Of a stretch of DNA of 64,000 nt, positions 29,039 to 37,834 are shown in pieces (within the stretch, counting starts at the first letter, position 1; each line of letters opens with the position of its first letter). Source of the stretch: Candidatus Omnitrophota bacterium (GTDB taxonomy: Bacteria; Omnitrophota; Gorgyraeia; JABMRN01; RBG-13-46-9); contig JBDRHE010000085.1 in the NCBI GenBank assembly GCA_043817155.1, forward strand, positions 1,464 to 65,463. Reading direction: 5' to 3'. The translations under genes and the position numbers were made by a program. The notes under the pieces are model-generated. The model searched no databases. It was not told the DNA's origin and was given only the letters and a program-made list of their open reading frames with translations.

Positions 29039-29534
29039 GTTTTAACGGGTTCGGAAGTTGATATACTAGGCGACGGTAGGCTGGATTATGACTACAGCAC
29101 CCTAAAAGAGCTCGATTTTGTCGTAGCCGCGATACATTCAGGATTAAAGCAGCAAAAGGAGGTCCTGACCGGCCGGATAGTGAAGGCTATGGAGAATAGA
29201 TATGTTAACATGATAGCTCATCCAACGGGCCGTCTTATGTGGGGTCAGAGACGCTTATGCACTGGATCTTGAAAAGGTGTTCAAGGCGGCAAAGGAGACT
29301 AATACAGCGCTCGAAATAAACTCTTATACGGGAAGGCTCGATCTGGACGATACCGCGGTTCTCCTTGCTAAAGACGCGGGAGTCATGCTCGGAATAGCTA
29401 CCGACACTCACACCAAAGGCCAATTTTCGAATATGATTTTTGGTGTAAGTGTCGCTCGCCGTGGATGGCTTGAAAGGAAGAATGTTATTAACGCCCTTCC
29501 TTTCGAAAGCTTTATTAAGAGGATAATGAAATGA
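29039..29534 (+). pseudogene. remnant of a PHP-domain phosphoesterase gene (N-terminally truncated, one +1 frameshift near 29250)
   Basis: Frame 2 from 29039: VLTGSEVDILGDGRLDYDYSTLKELDFVVAAIHSG...MIAHPTGRLMWGQRR then stop. Frame 0 continues DAYALDLEKVFKAAKETNTALEINSYTGRLDLDD...GIATDTHT, the PHP C-terminal motifs. No HxH-bearing N-terminus is found upstream. Confidence 0.55.
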
Positions 29535-29816
29535 TCAATCAGTTGGATACCAGAATGTAGCGAGCTGCCACAATCCGCCAACAACCCTCGCTATGCCTCT
29601 GCCGACGTCGTCCTTCGTGGTATCCGTACAATCGTCAAACGCCTTCTTCCCTTTGGAATTGGTTTTGTTGATATTGTCCGGCGTCTCGAGGTTACCGTAG
29701 ACTATGTTGTCCAGGCCCGATGCCGCTCTTTTAAAAGGCTCGTTCTTGGAAATAGCAAAAGCACCGCAGGTCGATACGAAACTTAAAACAACAAGTAAAG
29801 CAACGATCTTCTTCAT
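29535..29816 (-). CDS. small secreted lipoprotein-like protein, second TIGR04073-like paralog
   Basis: 93 aa; signal peptide with Cys (VSTCGAFA), then RAASGLDNIVYGNLETP resembling the K-LGRG-xN motif of the 3230 protein. Confidence 0.4.
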   Translation of the reverse strand: MKKIVALLVVLSFVSTCGAFAISKNEPFKRAASGLDNIVYGNLETPDNINKTNSKGKKAFDDCTDTTKDDVGRGIARVVGGLWQLATFWYPTD

Positions 29817-29934
29817 TAGTCACCTCCTTCACTAATATTATTTATTTAATATACCCTATAGAAACGTATTTGTCAAGATGGTGTCATAAAAATGTCCTTG
29901 AATAAAGCATGGGCAGAACATATAATAGTACCTA

Positions 29935-30669
29935 ATGCAGACATTAAAGAAACTCGAGAATAGTATTTCTAAATCAATCGGCAGGGCCATAAAAAAAAAC
30001 GCGCTTATCGAGGATAATGATAGAGTGCTTGTAGGCGTATCCGGCGGGAAAGACTCACTTACTCTCCTTAAGATACTATCCTCCAGGAGAAAGTGGATGC
30101 CGATAAAATATGATATTGTGGCATGTCATATAATTTCAAACCATGTATGCGCCGAGTGCCATGAAGTCGATGAGCTTAAGAAGCTCTTTAATGAACTTGA
30201 ATGCGAATATGTATTCGAAAAGAGCGATATAGCAGATCGAGAGGATTATTTTTCTTGTTTCTGGTGCGCCTGGAACAGGAGAAAGGCAATGTTCAAGATA
30301 GCCGAAAGGACGGGTTGTACCAAGATCGCTCTTGGTCACCACATGGATGATGCCGTGGAGACTACGCTGATGAATCTATTCTTTCGAGGAGAGATATCCA
30401 GCATTAATCCAAAGCAACCCCTATTTGACGGGAAGATGACCATCATAAGGCCGATGATATATCTTGAAGAGAAAAGAATCGCAGACTTTGCTAAAGTGGC
30501 GCGTCTGCCGGAGTCATTTTGTCGGTGTCCCAACGCTACAAGATCGAGAAGATTTTATATAAAGGACCTTCTTACTAAGCTTGAGAGCGAGTTTAAATAC
30601 GTAAAGAAGAATATTATGAATGCTCCTCACAGAATAAAAGAGGAGTACTTGGGGGTAAGATATGGGTAG
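29935..30669 (+). CDS. PP-loop ATPase, tRNA 2-thiocytidine biosynthesis TtcA-like
   Basis: 244 aa; PP-loop VGVSGGKDS; conserved Cys motifs (CAECHE, CFWCAWNRR, CRCP) as in TtcA-family Fe-S tRNA thiolases. Confidence 0.65.
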   Translation: MQTLKKLENSISKSIGRAIKKNALIEDNDRVLVGVSGGKDSLTLLKILSSRRKWMPIKYDIVACHIISNHVCAECHEVDELKKLFNELECEYVFEKSDIADREDYFSCFWCAWNRRKAMFKIAERTGCTKIALGHHMDDAVETTLMNLFFRGEISSINPKQPLFDGKMTIIRPMIYLEEKRIADFAKVARLPESFCRCPNATRSRRFYIKDLLTKLESEFKYVKKNIMNAPHRIKEEYLGVRYG

Positions 30670-30967
30670 CAATTCGCCTGTAAGGGTATGGCAGGAGATG
30701 GATATCACTGCTATTAAGCCTCATCTCTTGATTGCCGGTACTCTAAGTTGCGACTGTGGTAATTGCAAAGAGGTGGGTCTCAACGTGGAGTCTCGAAGCT
30801 GCACAAGCTGCGGCACAACATTCAGGTATGTGGGCACGAGAACGCCGAATTCGGCAAAGGACGCCAGACGTATCAGATCAAGAAGGGCGGACCTTGTAAT
30901 CATCGACTTAAGTGATTTTAAAGTGGCGGATGCGCGCACAAAAGCGCATGGATTGCTGGGGGATTAG
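30662..30967 (+). CDS. hypothetical zinc-ribbon protein
   Basis: 101 aa; CDCGNCKE...CTSCG four-Cys pattern; overlaps the ttcA-like stop; no recognised family. Confidence 0.4.
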   Translation: MGSNSPVRVWQEMDITAIKPHLLIAGTLSCDCGNCKEVGLNVESRSCTSCGTTFRYVGTRTPNSAKDARRIRSRRADLVIIDLSDFKVADARTKAHGLLGD

Positions 30968-30979
30968 CGGTTAAATTCT

Positions 30980-31807
30980 ATGGGAAACAATATCCAAACA
31001 TATAAGAGTCGAGGGTTTTTTATAACATGGCTACTCTTTGCCCATATAGCCTGCGCAGTGTCCTCTTTTGCAATAACGGCCGATGATATTATTCCAATCT
31101 CAGCTGACAGAGAGAAGAGGATGGGGGACTCCATCGCAAGGCAGGTAGAGAAGAAGTTTGAAGAGGTAGATGATCCGCTTGTGCAGAAACGCTTCGAAGA
31201 CATAGGTAAGAGACTTGCTCCGGTGTGTGAGAGACAAGAGTTTATATACCGCTTTAAAGTGCTAAAGGCCGATGAGAACGAGGAGAAAGAGAAGTTCTTC
31301 AACGCTTTCGCGCTTCCCGGCGGGTATGTATATATTTTCGATGCTATGATGGAAGTATTGAAAACGGATGAAAATATTGCCGGCGTCACAGCTCACGAGC
31401 TTGCGCACATATCTGCAAGACACTCTGTAGAAAGATTGCAGAGTTCACTGGGCGTAAACGCGCTCATGCTTTTAGCTATTGTGACATCGGGCAGCGGAAG
31501 AACCGTAGCGGAAGCGAATATGGCGCTTGCGTCACTGATGAGTGCCTATTCACGCGAAGCTGAAATTGAAGCAGACAAATTGTCCGTAAAATATCTTAAG
31601 AGCGCAGGGTTCGATCCGGATGGGGCGCTAGGTAGCCTTATGATGCTACAGAAATTAAGAAAGGACGGGCCAGAGCGGAAGTACATCTATTTCAAATCCC
31701 ATCCGTATTTATCGGAGCGCATCTCAGCTGTTAGGACGGAGATGCAAGGGTATGCTGACTTCGATAGCTATATAAACACTCCTAAGGACGAGAACGGCTT
31801 CTACTGA
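30980..31807 (+). CDS. M48-family zinc metallopeptidase (HExxH), membrane/periplasmic
   Basis: 275 aa; N-terminal hydrophobic segment, HELAHISARH zinc motif; topology resembles BepA/YfgC-like M48 peptidases without TPR. Confidence 0.7.
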   Translation: MGNNIQTYKSRGFFITWLLFAHIACAVSSFAITADDIIPISADREKRMGDSIARQVEKKFEEVDDPLVQKRFEDIGKRLAPVCERQEFIYRFKVLKADENEEKEKFFNAFALPGGYVYIFDAMMEVLKTDENIAGVTAHELAHISARHSVERLQSSLGVNALMLLAIVTSGSGRTVAEANMALASLMSAYSREAEIEADKLSVKYLKSAGFDPDGALGSLMMLQKLRKDGPERKYIYFKSHPYLSERISAVRTEMQGYADFDSYINTPKDENGFY

Positions 31808-31827
31808 TAATCTCGTGAGCCGCCTCA

Positions 31828-32607
31828 TTAAAAGGGAAGGATCCTTTTCCGGGATATCTTGCCATCTTCAAAACGCAGGGTCTCAAACGTTAAGCCTGTA
31901 AATTTGGCCTCAAAAGCGACGGTTATACCTTTTTTGATCTCTTTTGTGCTCTCCCGGTCTACCGCCACTATCACCTCGTACTCTATTCCGCCAAACGGCC
32001 TTCTTATATAGACAAGGGCTTCTTTTTCAGAGCCGTTTCTCTTTAAAATGTCCTTCACCTTTCCGGCGCCCTTCACGACCTGCCCCTTATATTCCTCAAT
32101 AGTGTTCAGCCGCTCCAGCGTTGTTGAAGAGGATTTCGATATTTTGGATAGTAGCTTGTTCAGCGTCAGACCCTTTGGGGTAACAACATCCCTTTTCTTA
32201 GTTTTCGGAGCGGCCGTCTTCTTCTCTTTTATTTCTATTTCTTTAACGGGCGCAGGCTTCCTCTCCTTGACGAACAGACTTTTGTCCGGTTCCGGCTCCT
32301 TTGCGCGATCGAGAGCTTTCTTTTCTATCTCGACCTTTTTATCGGATGACTTGCTTGGCGATATATTAAAAAATCTGTTTAAGGTCGGTTCCTTTGCGGC
32401 TTTCTTGCCACTCTCTTCGCTTTTTGTCTTAGTCTCCTTCTCTTTCTTGACATCTTCAGATGGCTCTCGAGATATGTTGAAAAGCTTGTTAAGTACCGGC
32501 TCTTTCAAGTCGGTTGCCTTCTCTTTTTCAATTTTTGCTTCTGCAAAGAAAGGCGACACTATTAGATATATTCCGAGTACGAATAGAGAAACTATTTTCT
32601 TAGCCAT
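31828..32607 (-). CDS. secreted lysine-rich protein with three PxLNKLFNIS-type repeats
   Basis: 259 aa; signal peptide; repeats KEPVLNKLFNISREPSED, KEPTLNRFFNISPSKSSD and KGLTLNKLLSKISKSS; low-complexity K/E-rich linkers. Confidence 0.5.
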   Translation of the reverse strand: MAKKIVSLFVLGIYLIVSPFFAEAKIEKEKATDLKEPVLNKLFNISREPSEDVKKEKETKTKSEESGKKAAKEPTLNRFFNISPSKSSDKKVEIEKKALDRAKEPEPDKSLFVKERKPAPVKEIEIKEKKTAAPKTKKRDVVTPKGLTLNKLLSKISKSSSTTLERLNTIEEYKGQVVKGAGKVKDILKRNGSEKEALVYIRRPFGGIEYEVIVAVDRESTKEIKKGITVAFEAKFTGLTFETLRFEDGKISRKRILPF

Positions 32608-32822
32608 TAAAACCTCCTTTTGCTTTATACGATGATTATATTGATTATATCATAAAAAAAATATTTTGACAAACGAAAGGGATGCGATTTTAAAGACAGA
32701 AAACATAGCTTGACTTATCAAAAGGGGCATGGGAAAATGAGAGCGTTTCTCACGTAAGAGCAATAGTCGGATGAACCTATGAAGATCGGGTCGTCATAAA
32801 GTCGGATCTCGTCAAAGGAGGT

Positions 32823-33131
32823 GTGCCAATGGATAAGAAGGATAAGGTTATAGCGATACTTTGCGTTGCTTTATTGCTAAGCCTTGCAAGATTTACTATG
32901 TCTGAAATCAGGCTTGTTAAAAGCCAGGCAGAAAAGAACTCTTTCTATGCGAAGCTAAGGGAGACTGAGATCTTAACGACCAGGTTGAGCCAGAATACAG
33001 CGGATCTCAAGTCCATGCTGGGTAAGGCCAGGGAAGAGAAAGATAAGCTTACCATGGAAGCTCATAACCTGAAGCTGGAGATGAAAGCTAAAATAGTTGA
33101 GGCTGGAGCAGATACGACGGCAGGCAAATAA
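32823..33131 (+). CDS. small membrane-anchored coiled-coil protein
   Basis: 102 aa; one N-terminal TM (IAILCVALLLSLA), then a heptad-like coiled coil; good SD (AAGGAGG). Confidence 0.4.
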   Translation: MPMDKKDKVIAILCVALLLSLARFTMSEIRLVKSQAEKNSFYAKLRETEILTTRLSQNTADLKSMLGKAREEKDKLTMEAHNLKLEMKAKIVEAGADTTAGK

Positions 33132-33186
33132 GCCTATCATTTAACTAACCGGGTTGCGCTATAATATTATAATTATCTGAGAAGAG

Positions 33187-35202
33187 ATGAAATATGTCCT
33201 AAATGAAGATCCGGTCAAAAGCTTTAACCGGGTCGATTACAAAGGTACCCTAAATCCTGAGCAATACGAAGTTGTAACAAAAGCCGAAGGGCCGTGTCTG
33301 GTGCTGGCCGGTGCCGGCAGTGGAAAGACAAGGACACTTGTATACCGGGTTTCGTATCTGCTTGAAAAAGGCGTCCCACCGCAGAATATCCTCCTTGTTA
33401 CCTTTACGAATAAAGCCGCAAGAAATATGCAGGATAGGATCGAAACGCTGCTGAAGGCAAAGCCATCAAAGCTCTGGAGCGGAACGTTTCATCATATCGG
33501 CAATAGATCCTTGCATCTTTTCACTAAAGAATTGGGGTACAGGCCGGGGTTCGGTATCCTGGATGAGGAAGACTCAATTGATCTGCTCAAAGTCTGCATA
33601 AAGAACCTGAAGATAAAGATCCATGAGGAGAGATTTCCCCACCCGAAAGTTCTCCGTTCTATAATAAGCTTTTCGGCAAATTCGAAGAAGTCGTTACTTG
33701 AAACGCTGAAGAAGAAGCACCCGTACTTTCTGCGGTTTCACGACACCATAGCGAAAATAGCCGGGGAGTATGAGGTCAAGAAGAAGCGGTCCAACAACGC
33801 TGATTACGACGACCTTCTTACTAAATGGCTCTGGCTCTTAAAGAATGTCCAAAAAGCGAAGGAGCGGTTTTCGGAGCAGTTTCGCTACATCCTGGTTGAC
33901 GAATATCAGGATACGAACAGGTTGCAGTCAGAGATAGTAAGGGAGCTCTCGAGCTTTCACCGGAACGTTCTGGTCGTGGGGGATGACGCTCAATCCATAT
34001 ATTCATTTAGAGGGGCTGAGGTTTCGAACATACTTAAGTTTCCAGATGAGTACCCGGATGCCAAGATCTTTAAACTCGAAAGCAACTACAGGTCATCTCC
34101 GGAGATCCTTGAGCTCGCTAACGATTCTATACAGAATAATACTAACCAGTTTCGCAAACATCTGAGGGCTGTAAGCGATAGCAATATCAAGCCGATACTG
34201 CTGGAAGTGGGAGATCTGCACGATCAGGCCAGGTTTATATCACAGCGCGTTTTAGAACTGCGTGATGAAGGAGTTCCTCTTAACGAGATGGCCGTTCTCT
34301 TCAGGGCGCATTTTCAGTCCGCAGAACTACAGATGGAGCTTACCAAGCGTGACATCCCATTTATTTTACGTGGTGGCATAAGGTTCTTCGAACAGGCGCA
34401 TATCAAAGATGTGCTGGCTCATATAAAAATAATAGTAAACCCGCTCGATGAACTATCGTGGTTAAGGGCGCTCTCTATTCAGCCCGGGATCGGTAGTGTT
34501 TACGCAGGGCGCGTATTTGATGAATTTGCTAATACCGGGTCTCTTGAAAATATGGTAAAGAAACAGTTTGGCGCCTTTCTTCCGGATAGGGCAAGGAGAG
34601 GTCTGGAGCATTTCAAGAAGATAATGCGCGCGATTATGGGTGGGGATTTGGATAAGAAGCCGGATGAAACCATAATAAAGATAATAGATTCGGGCTATGG
34701 CAATCATGTTTTAGCCCATTTTGATAACGCCAAAGACAGGATAGACGACCTACATGAGCTTGCCAATTTTGCTCATAATTACAAGAGTATCAAAACCCTT
34801 CTGCATGATATTACACTGAGGGAGTCGTTCAAGGGCGAGACTATAACTCGAGCGCCCTCAAACGATGAATATCTCGTGCTTTCCACTATACATCAGGCGA
34901 AAGGGTTGGAGTGGAATACGGTATTTATTATTGGCTTGTGCGAAGGGCAGTTTCCACACTCCAAGGTGAAGGACGAACCCAACGAACTAGAGGAGGAGAG
35001 GAGGCTCTTTTATGTAGCAACGACAAGAACTAAGAGAGAGTTGTATCTTTTGCATCCTATTACGAGGTACGACTACCAGATGGGAACGGTTATAACGAGA
35101 AGATCGGTCTTTTTGGAGGAGCTTAATACTGATCTTTTTGATAAGTGGGAGATAGAAGAGCGATCCACAGAAGACCCTATTATTGATCTCGATATAGAAT
35201 AG
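33187..35202 (+). CDS. ATP-dependent DNA helicase, UvrD/PcrA/Rep family
   Basis: 671 aa; Walker A AGAGSGKT, motif II DEYQDTN, VGDDAQSIYSFRGA, and the C-terminal TTRTKRELYL box. Confidence 0.9.
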   Translation: MKYVLNEDPVKSFNRVDYKGTLNPEQYEVVTKAEGPCLVLAGAGSGKTRTLVYRVSYLLEKGVPPQNILLVTFTNKAARNMQDRIETLLKAKPSKLWSGTFHHIGNRSLHLFTKELGYRPGFGILDEEDSIDLLKVCIKNLKIKIHEERFPHPKVLRSIISFSANSKKSLLETLKKKHPYFLRFHDTIAKIAGEYEVKKKRSNNADYDDLLTKWLWLLKNVQKAKERFSEQFRYILVDEYQDTNRLQSEIVRELSSFHRNVLVVGDDAQSIYSFRGAEVSNILKFPDEYPDAKIFKLESNYRSSPEILELANDSIQNNTNQFRKHLRAVSDSNIKPILLEVGDLHDQARFISQRVLELRDEGVPLNEMAVLFRAHFQSAELQMELTKRDIPFILRGGIRFFEQAHIKDVLAHIKIIVNPLDELSWLRALSIQPGIGSVYAGRVFDEFANTGSLENMVKKQFGAFLPDRARRGLEHFKKIMRAIMGGDLDKKPDETIIKIIDSGYGNHVLAHFDNAKDRIDDLHELANFAHNYKSIKTLLHDITLRESFKGETITRAPSNDEYLVLSTIHQAKGLEWNTVFIIGLCEGQFPHSKVKDEPNELEEERRLFYVATTRTKRELYLLHPITRYDYQMGTVITRRSVFLEELNTDLFDKWEIEERSTEDPIIDLDIE

Positions 35203-35215
35203 GAAGGAAGGCAGA

Positions 35216-35395
35216 ATGAAGATAAACATTAGACACATTAAGGACAAGGATCAGTTTGAGCTACAGATAATAGAGCCCAGGCTAAGGTCACACTTTTTAA
35301 TAAACCGTAAGGTTCTGAACGACCTGCGCGTATTGATCGAAAGGGTTCTTGTAGACACAGCCAATAAGCAAAAAGGCCGGGAACTGAAACCCTAA
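35216..35395 (+). CDS. small hypothetical ORF (59 aa), below the 60-aa cutoff of the ORF track
   Basis: ATG at 35216 preceded by GGAAGGAAGG; MKINIRHIKDKDQFELQIIEPRLRSHFLINRKVLNDLRVLIERVLVDTANKQKGRELKP; sits immediately after uvrD; no homology recognised. Confidence 0.3.
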   Translation: MKINIRHIKDKDQFELQIIEPRLRSHFLINRKVLNDLRVLIERVLVDTANKQKGRELKP

Positions 35396-35588
35396 CGGGT
35401 AATCTAAACATTTCGTTAAGTCACCAATTGTAGGCATGATTAGGTATGAAAGTATATTATCTATGCACTTTTTTAACCTTTAAGCGGAAAAGGGCGTAAA
35501 AGAATAGTACAATTTTTTATTACACAGCCATTACCATTTATGCAGAAAATATGGTATACTATATAGTAGAAACGGAGTGGTTATAAAA

Positions 35589-35948
35589 ATGGAAAGCGAG
35601 TACACGGGCATAGAGAGAAGACGGTCACCACGGGTTAAAACGTGGCTGAAGGCTAAGTTGTTCGGTAAGAATTGTAGAAGATTCCTGCCCGTTATCAATT
35701 TAAGCTATCACGGGGCGCTCCTTAAATCTCGCCGGTTTTTGCGCCCCGACGAAGAGCTTGACCTTTCGATAGAGCTCCCTGTTTCGTGGAATTCAATCAA
35801 TCTAAAAGCAAGGGTTGCAAGGGTGAACGCGGTATGCTCGATGTGGGGCTTCTCTACGTTCTATGTAGGCATTGAATTCCTTAACCTTATTCCTGCCCAA
35901 AAGGAGACTCTGGCGGAATCGATCGTTACCCTGATGAAAGCTGCCTAA
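35589..35948 (+). CDS. PilZ-domain (c-di-GMP-binding) protein
   Basis: RRRSPR (RxxxR) then NLSYHGA (D/NxSxxG), the bipartite PilZ c-di-GMP-binding motif; start ATG 35589 (the ORF track GTG is at 35577). Confidence 0.6.
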   Translation: MESEYTGIERRRSPRVKTWLKAKLFGKNCRRFLPVINLSYHGALLKSRRFLRPDEELDLSIELPVSWNSINLKARVARVNAVCSMWGFSTFYVGIEFLNLIPAQKETLAESIVTLMKAA

Positions 35949-36206
35949 AATCACACCTCATTTCAATTTGTTGTTGTCATCAGATTGTGGTGCATTCTAA
36001 GCAAAGGGCTAAAACGCTGAAAGTTAGGGTTAAAAAAAGTCAGAATTTGGCCTATTGACATTTCTACAGAAGATCGGTATACTTATATTATGATGTATGG
36101 AACAGAATGTTGTATGGAATAGTTTCGCATTCATGAGCGAAAGGGGCGAATTTTTTTTAATTACTTATTTCACTGTTTAAATATGAGCCGAAGGATGCTA
36201 TAAAAA

Positions 36207-36461
36207 ATGAAGAAACTGTTTATCATAATGGTTGCATTAATAATAAGTGCTGGTTTATCGATACTTACACGTGCCTCCGGCGATGAGAAGAAGAGGGTTG
36301 AAAATCAGGAACCTCTAAAGGTTGTAACTGGTGGCGGGCAAACAGCAGAGATCCTTCAGCGCAAGGTTGTTCAAGATGAGCTATATATGATGTTTACCGG
36401 AGAGCTGATGATGGACATAGAGAGAGAGGGTGAAGGGAGGGATTTGCCTAAAAGAAAGTAG
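36207..36461 (+). CDS. small secreted hypothetical protein
   Basis: 84 aa; signal peptide (LFIIMVALIISAGLSILTRASG); no recognised domain. Confidence 0.4.
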   Translation: MKKLFIIMVALIISAGLSILTRASGDEKKRVENQEPLKVVTGGGQTAEILQRKVVQDELYMMFTGELMMDIEREGEGRDLPKRK

Positions 36462-36575
36462 ACTATAGTAAAATTTTTTAGCTTTTTATCCACCATGAGA
36501 AAGCCGGGTAAACAAGATACCTTTAAATATATATTCCTGGAGATCATAGATCGCTCCCTTAGCTAATTAGTAATT

Positions 36576-36612
36576 CCCGTGTATACATTATTGTAGAACA
36601 CGGGTTTTTTTA
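36576..36612 (+). terminator. rho-independent terminator
   Basis: CCCGTGT-N15-ACACGGG stem followed by TTTTTTTA. Confidence 0.55.
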
Positions 36613-36750
36613 TGCAGTGTTTAGGCGCATTTTAAAATCAGCCGATTGGCCGGGGAGACTGCGGCCTACGGAAGCATCTTGCTTTCATTTACTGATCCCG
36701 ATATAACTAATCTTTGGTAAAAAAACAAACGTTACAGGGAGTTATTTATC

Positions 36751-36778
36751 TTGACATTATATAAACACATGTTAAAAT
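36751..36778 (+). promoter_or_regulatory. sigma70-like promoter (TTGACA-16 nt-TAAAAT) upstream of the HTH gene
   Basis: TTGACA at 36751..36756, TAAAAT at 36773..36778. Confidence 0.4.
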
Positions 36779-36805
36779 TACGCCAGCAGAAAAATAAGTA
36801 AAAAA

Positions 36806-37021
36806 ATGGACAATCCAGTAAAATCATTCAGAAGTCGGTTCAAAATATCCGTGGATGATCTCGCCAAGAAGATAGGGGTAAGCAGGATGACTATCTACAG
36901 ATGGGAAAAAGCAAAGCATAAACCCCACAATAACCACTACGAAAAACTTGAACGCATGATCCGCACGTATAGCCTCATGAGCCACGGCCGAACTCACGAC
37001 AGCAGTCATTCACATCACTAA
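36806..37021 (+). CDS. small XRE-like HTH DNA-binding protein with His-rich tail
   Basis: 71 aa; LAKKIGVSRMTIYRWEKAK helix-turn-helix; C-terminal HGRTHDSSHSHH. Confidence 0.55.
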   Translation: MDNPVKSFRSRFKISVDDLAKKIGVSRMTIYRWEKAKHKPHNNHYEKLERMIRTYSLMSHGRTHDSSHSHH

Positions 37022-37257
37022 CTATAAAGAAACGGTCTCAACTCTTATTCCCACCACAAAAGAGATTCTTGCGGAAATATTCTTTCCTACAGAATAATCC
37101 ATAGATAGATATGCAGAATGACGAACTTGGCACGGTTCTTGCTTGGTAACATTTTGAGGAAAAGGAGTATCGTTGCTGCCGCAGAATTTGTGTTTATATG
37201 TATAAAAAAATCTCTTCCATCATGGCTGAGCTATTGCAAAAGGGACGAAATAAAAGC

Positions 37258-37725
37258 ATGAAGAAAATAAACCTTTTTTTACTTCTAACATTTACATTCC
37301 TCTTATCACTGCATATCTGTGTGTATGGTTCTGTATACATGTATGATAAAATACCGAATTCTGAATTCTATGCGCAAGAGACCGCATATATAGAAGGCGT
37401 AGTAGTTTTTAACGAGACACTTCGTCCGCCGCTCGATCTCTACATTGTAGAGCTAACCATGAAGAACAGATCGGAAGAACCGATAAACCTCAACGATGCG
37501 ATGTATGAAGCTATAAGAGAAGACGGCAGTATCTGTTATATGGATTTTGAGGAGATAGATTTTGACGGACCATATAACGATAAATTGATCCTGAAACCGG
37601 GCAATATCGCTACAATATATTGCCGAACACCGATCGCAAATAAAGACGTAAATTCGATAAATGTACGGATGCAGAACGGCAAAGATATACTCTTTGTCCC
37701 ACACACGAAGCCAGCCGAAATATAA
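37258..37725 (+). CDS. secreted hypothetical protein, member of a two-copy paralogous family (see 49852..50400)
   Basis: Signal peptide MKKINLFLLLTFTFLLSL. YDKIPNSEFY...FNETLRPP...VELTMKNRSEEPI...LILKPGNIATIY...ILFVPH aligns along its length with the 49852 protein (YEKIEGSEFY...FSETVFPP...VEVFMKNNSRKTI...LTLKPEGIIIAY...IIHFVPY). Confidence 0.5.
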   Translation: MKKINLFLLLTFTFLLSLHICVYGSVYMYDKIPNSEFYAQETAYIEGVVVFNETLRPPLDLYIVELTMKNRSEEPINLNDAMYEAIREDGSICYMDFEEIDFDGPYNDKLILKPGNIATIYCRTPIANKDVNSINVRMQNGKDILFVPHTKPAEI

Positions 37726-37834
37726 GAATGTTTCTTCTCGCCCTATAATCTAAAAAATAAACTTTCCGACATCTATGTTCGTTGACTTGACAATATGGAT
37801 AATATTGTGTAGAGTGTAAGGTCAAGGTGTTACT

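Noticed and set aside
32048-32635. 195-aa plus-strand ORF antisense to the repeat-protein gene 31828..32607
   Set aside because: It is the mirror-frame translation of a K/E-rich low-complexity gene (gives an S/F/L-rich product) with no start-site support. Shadow ORF.
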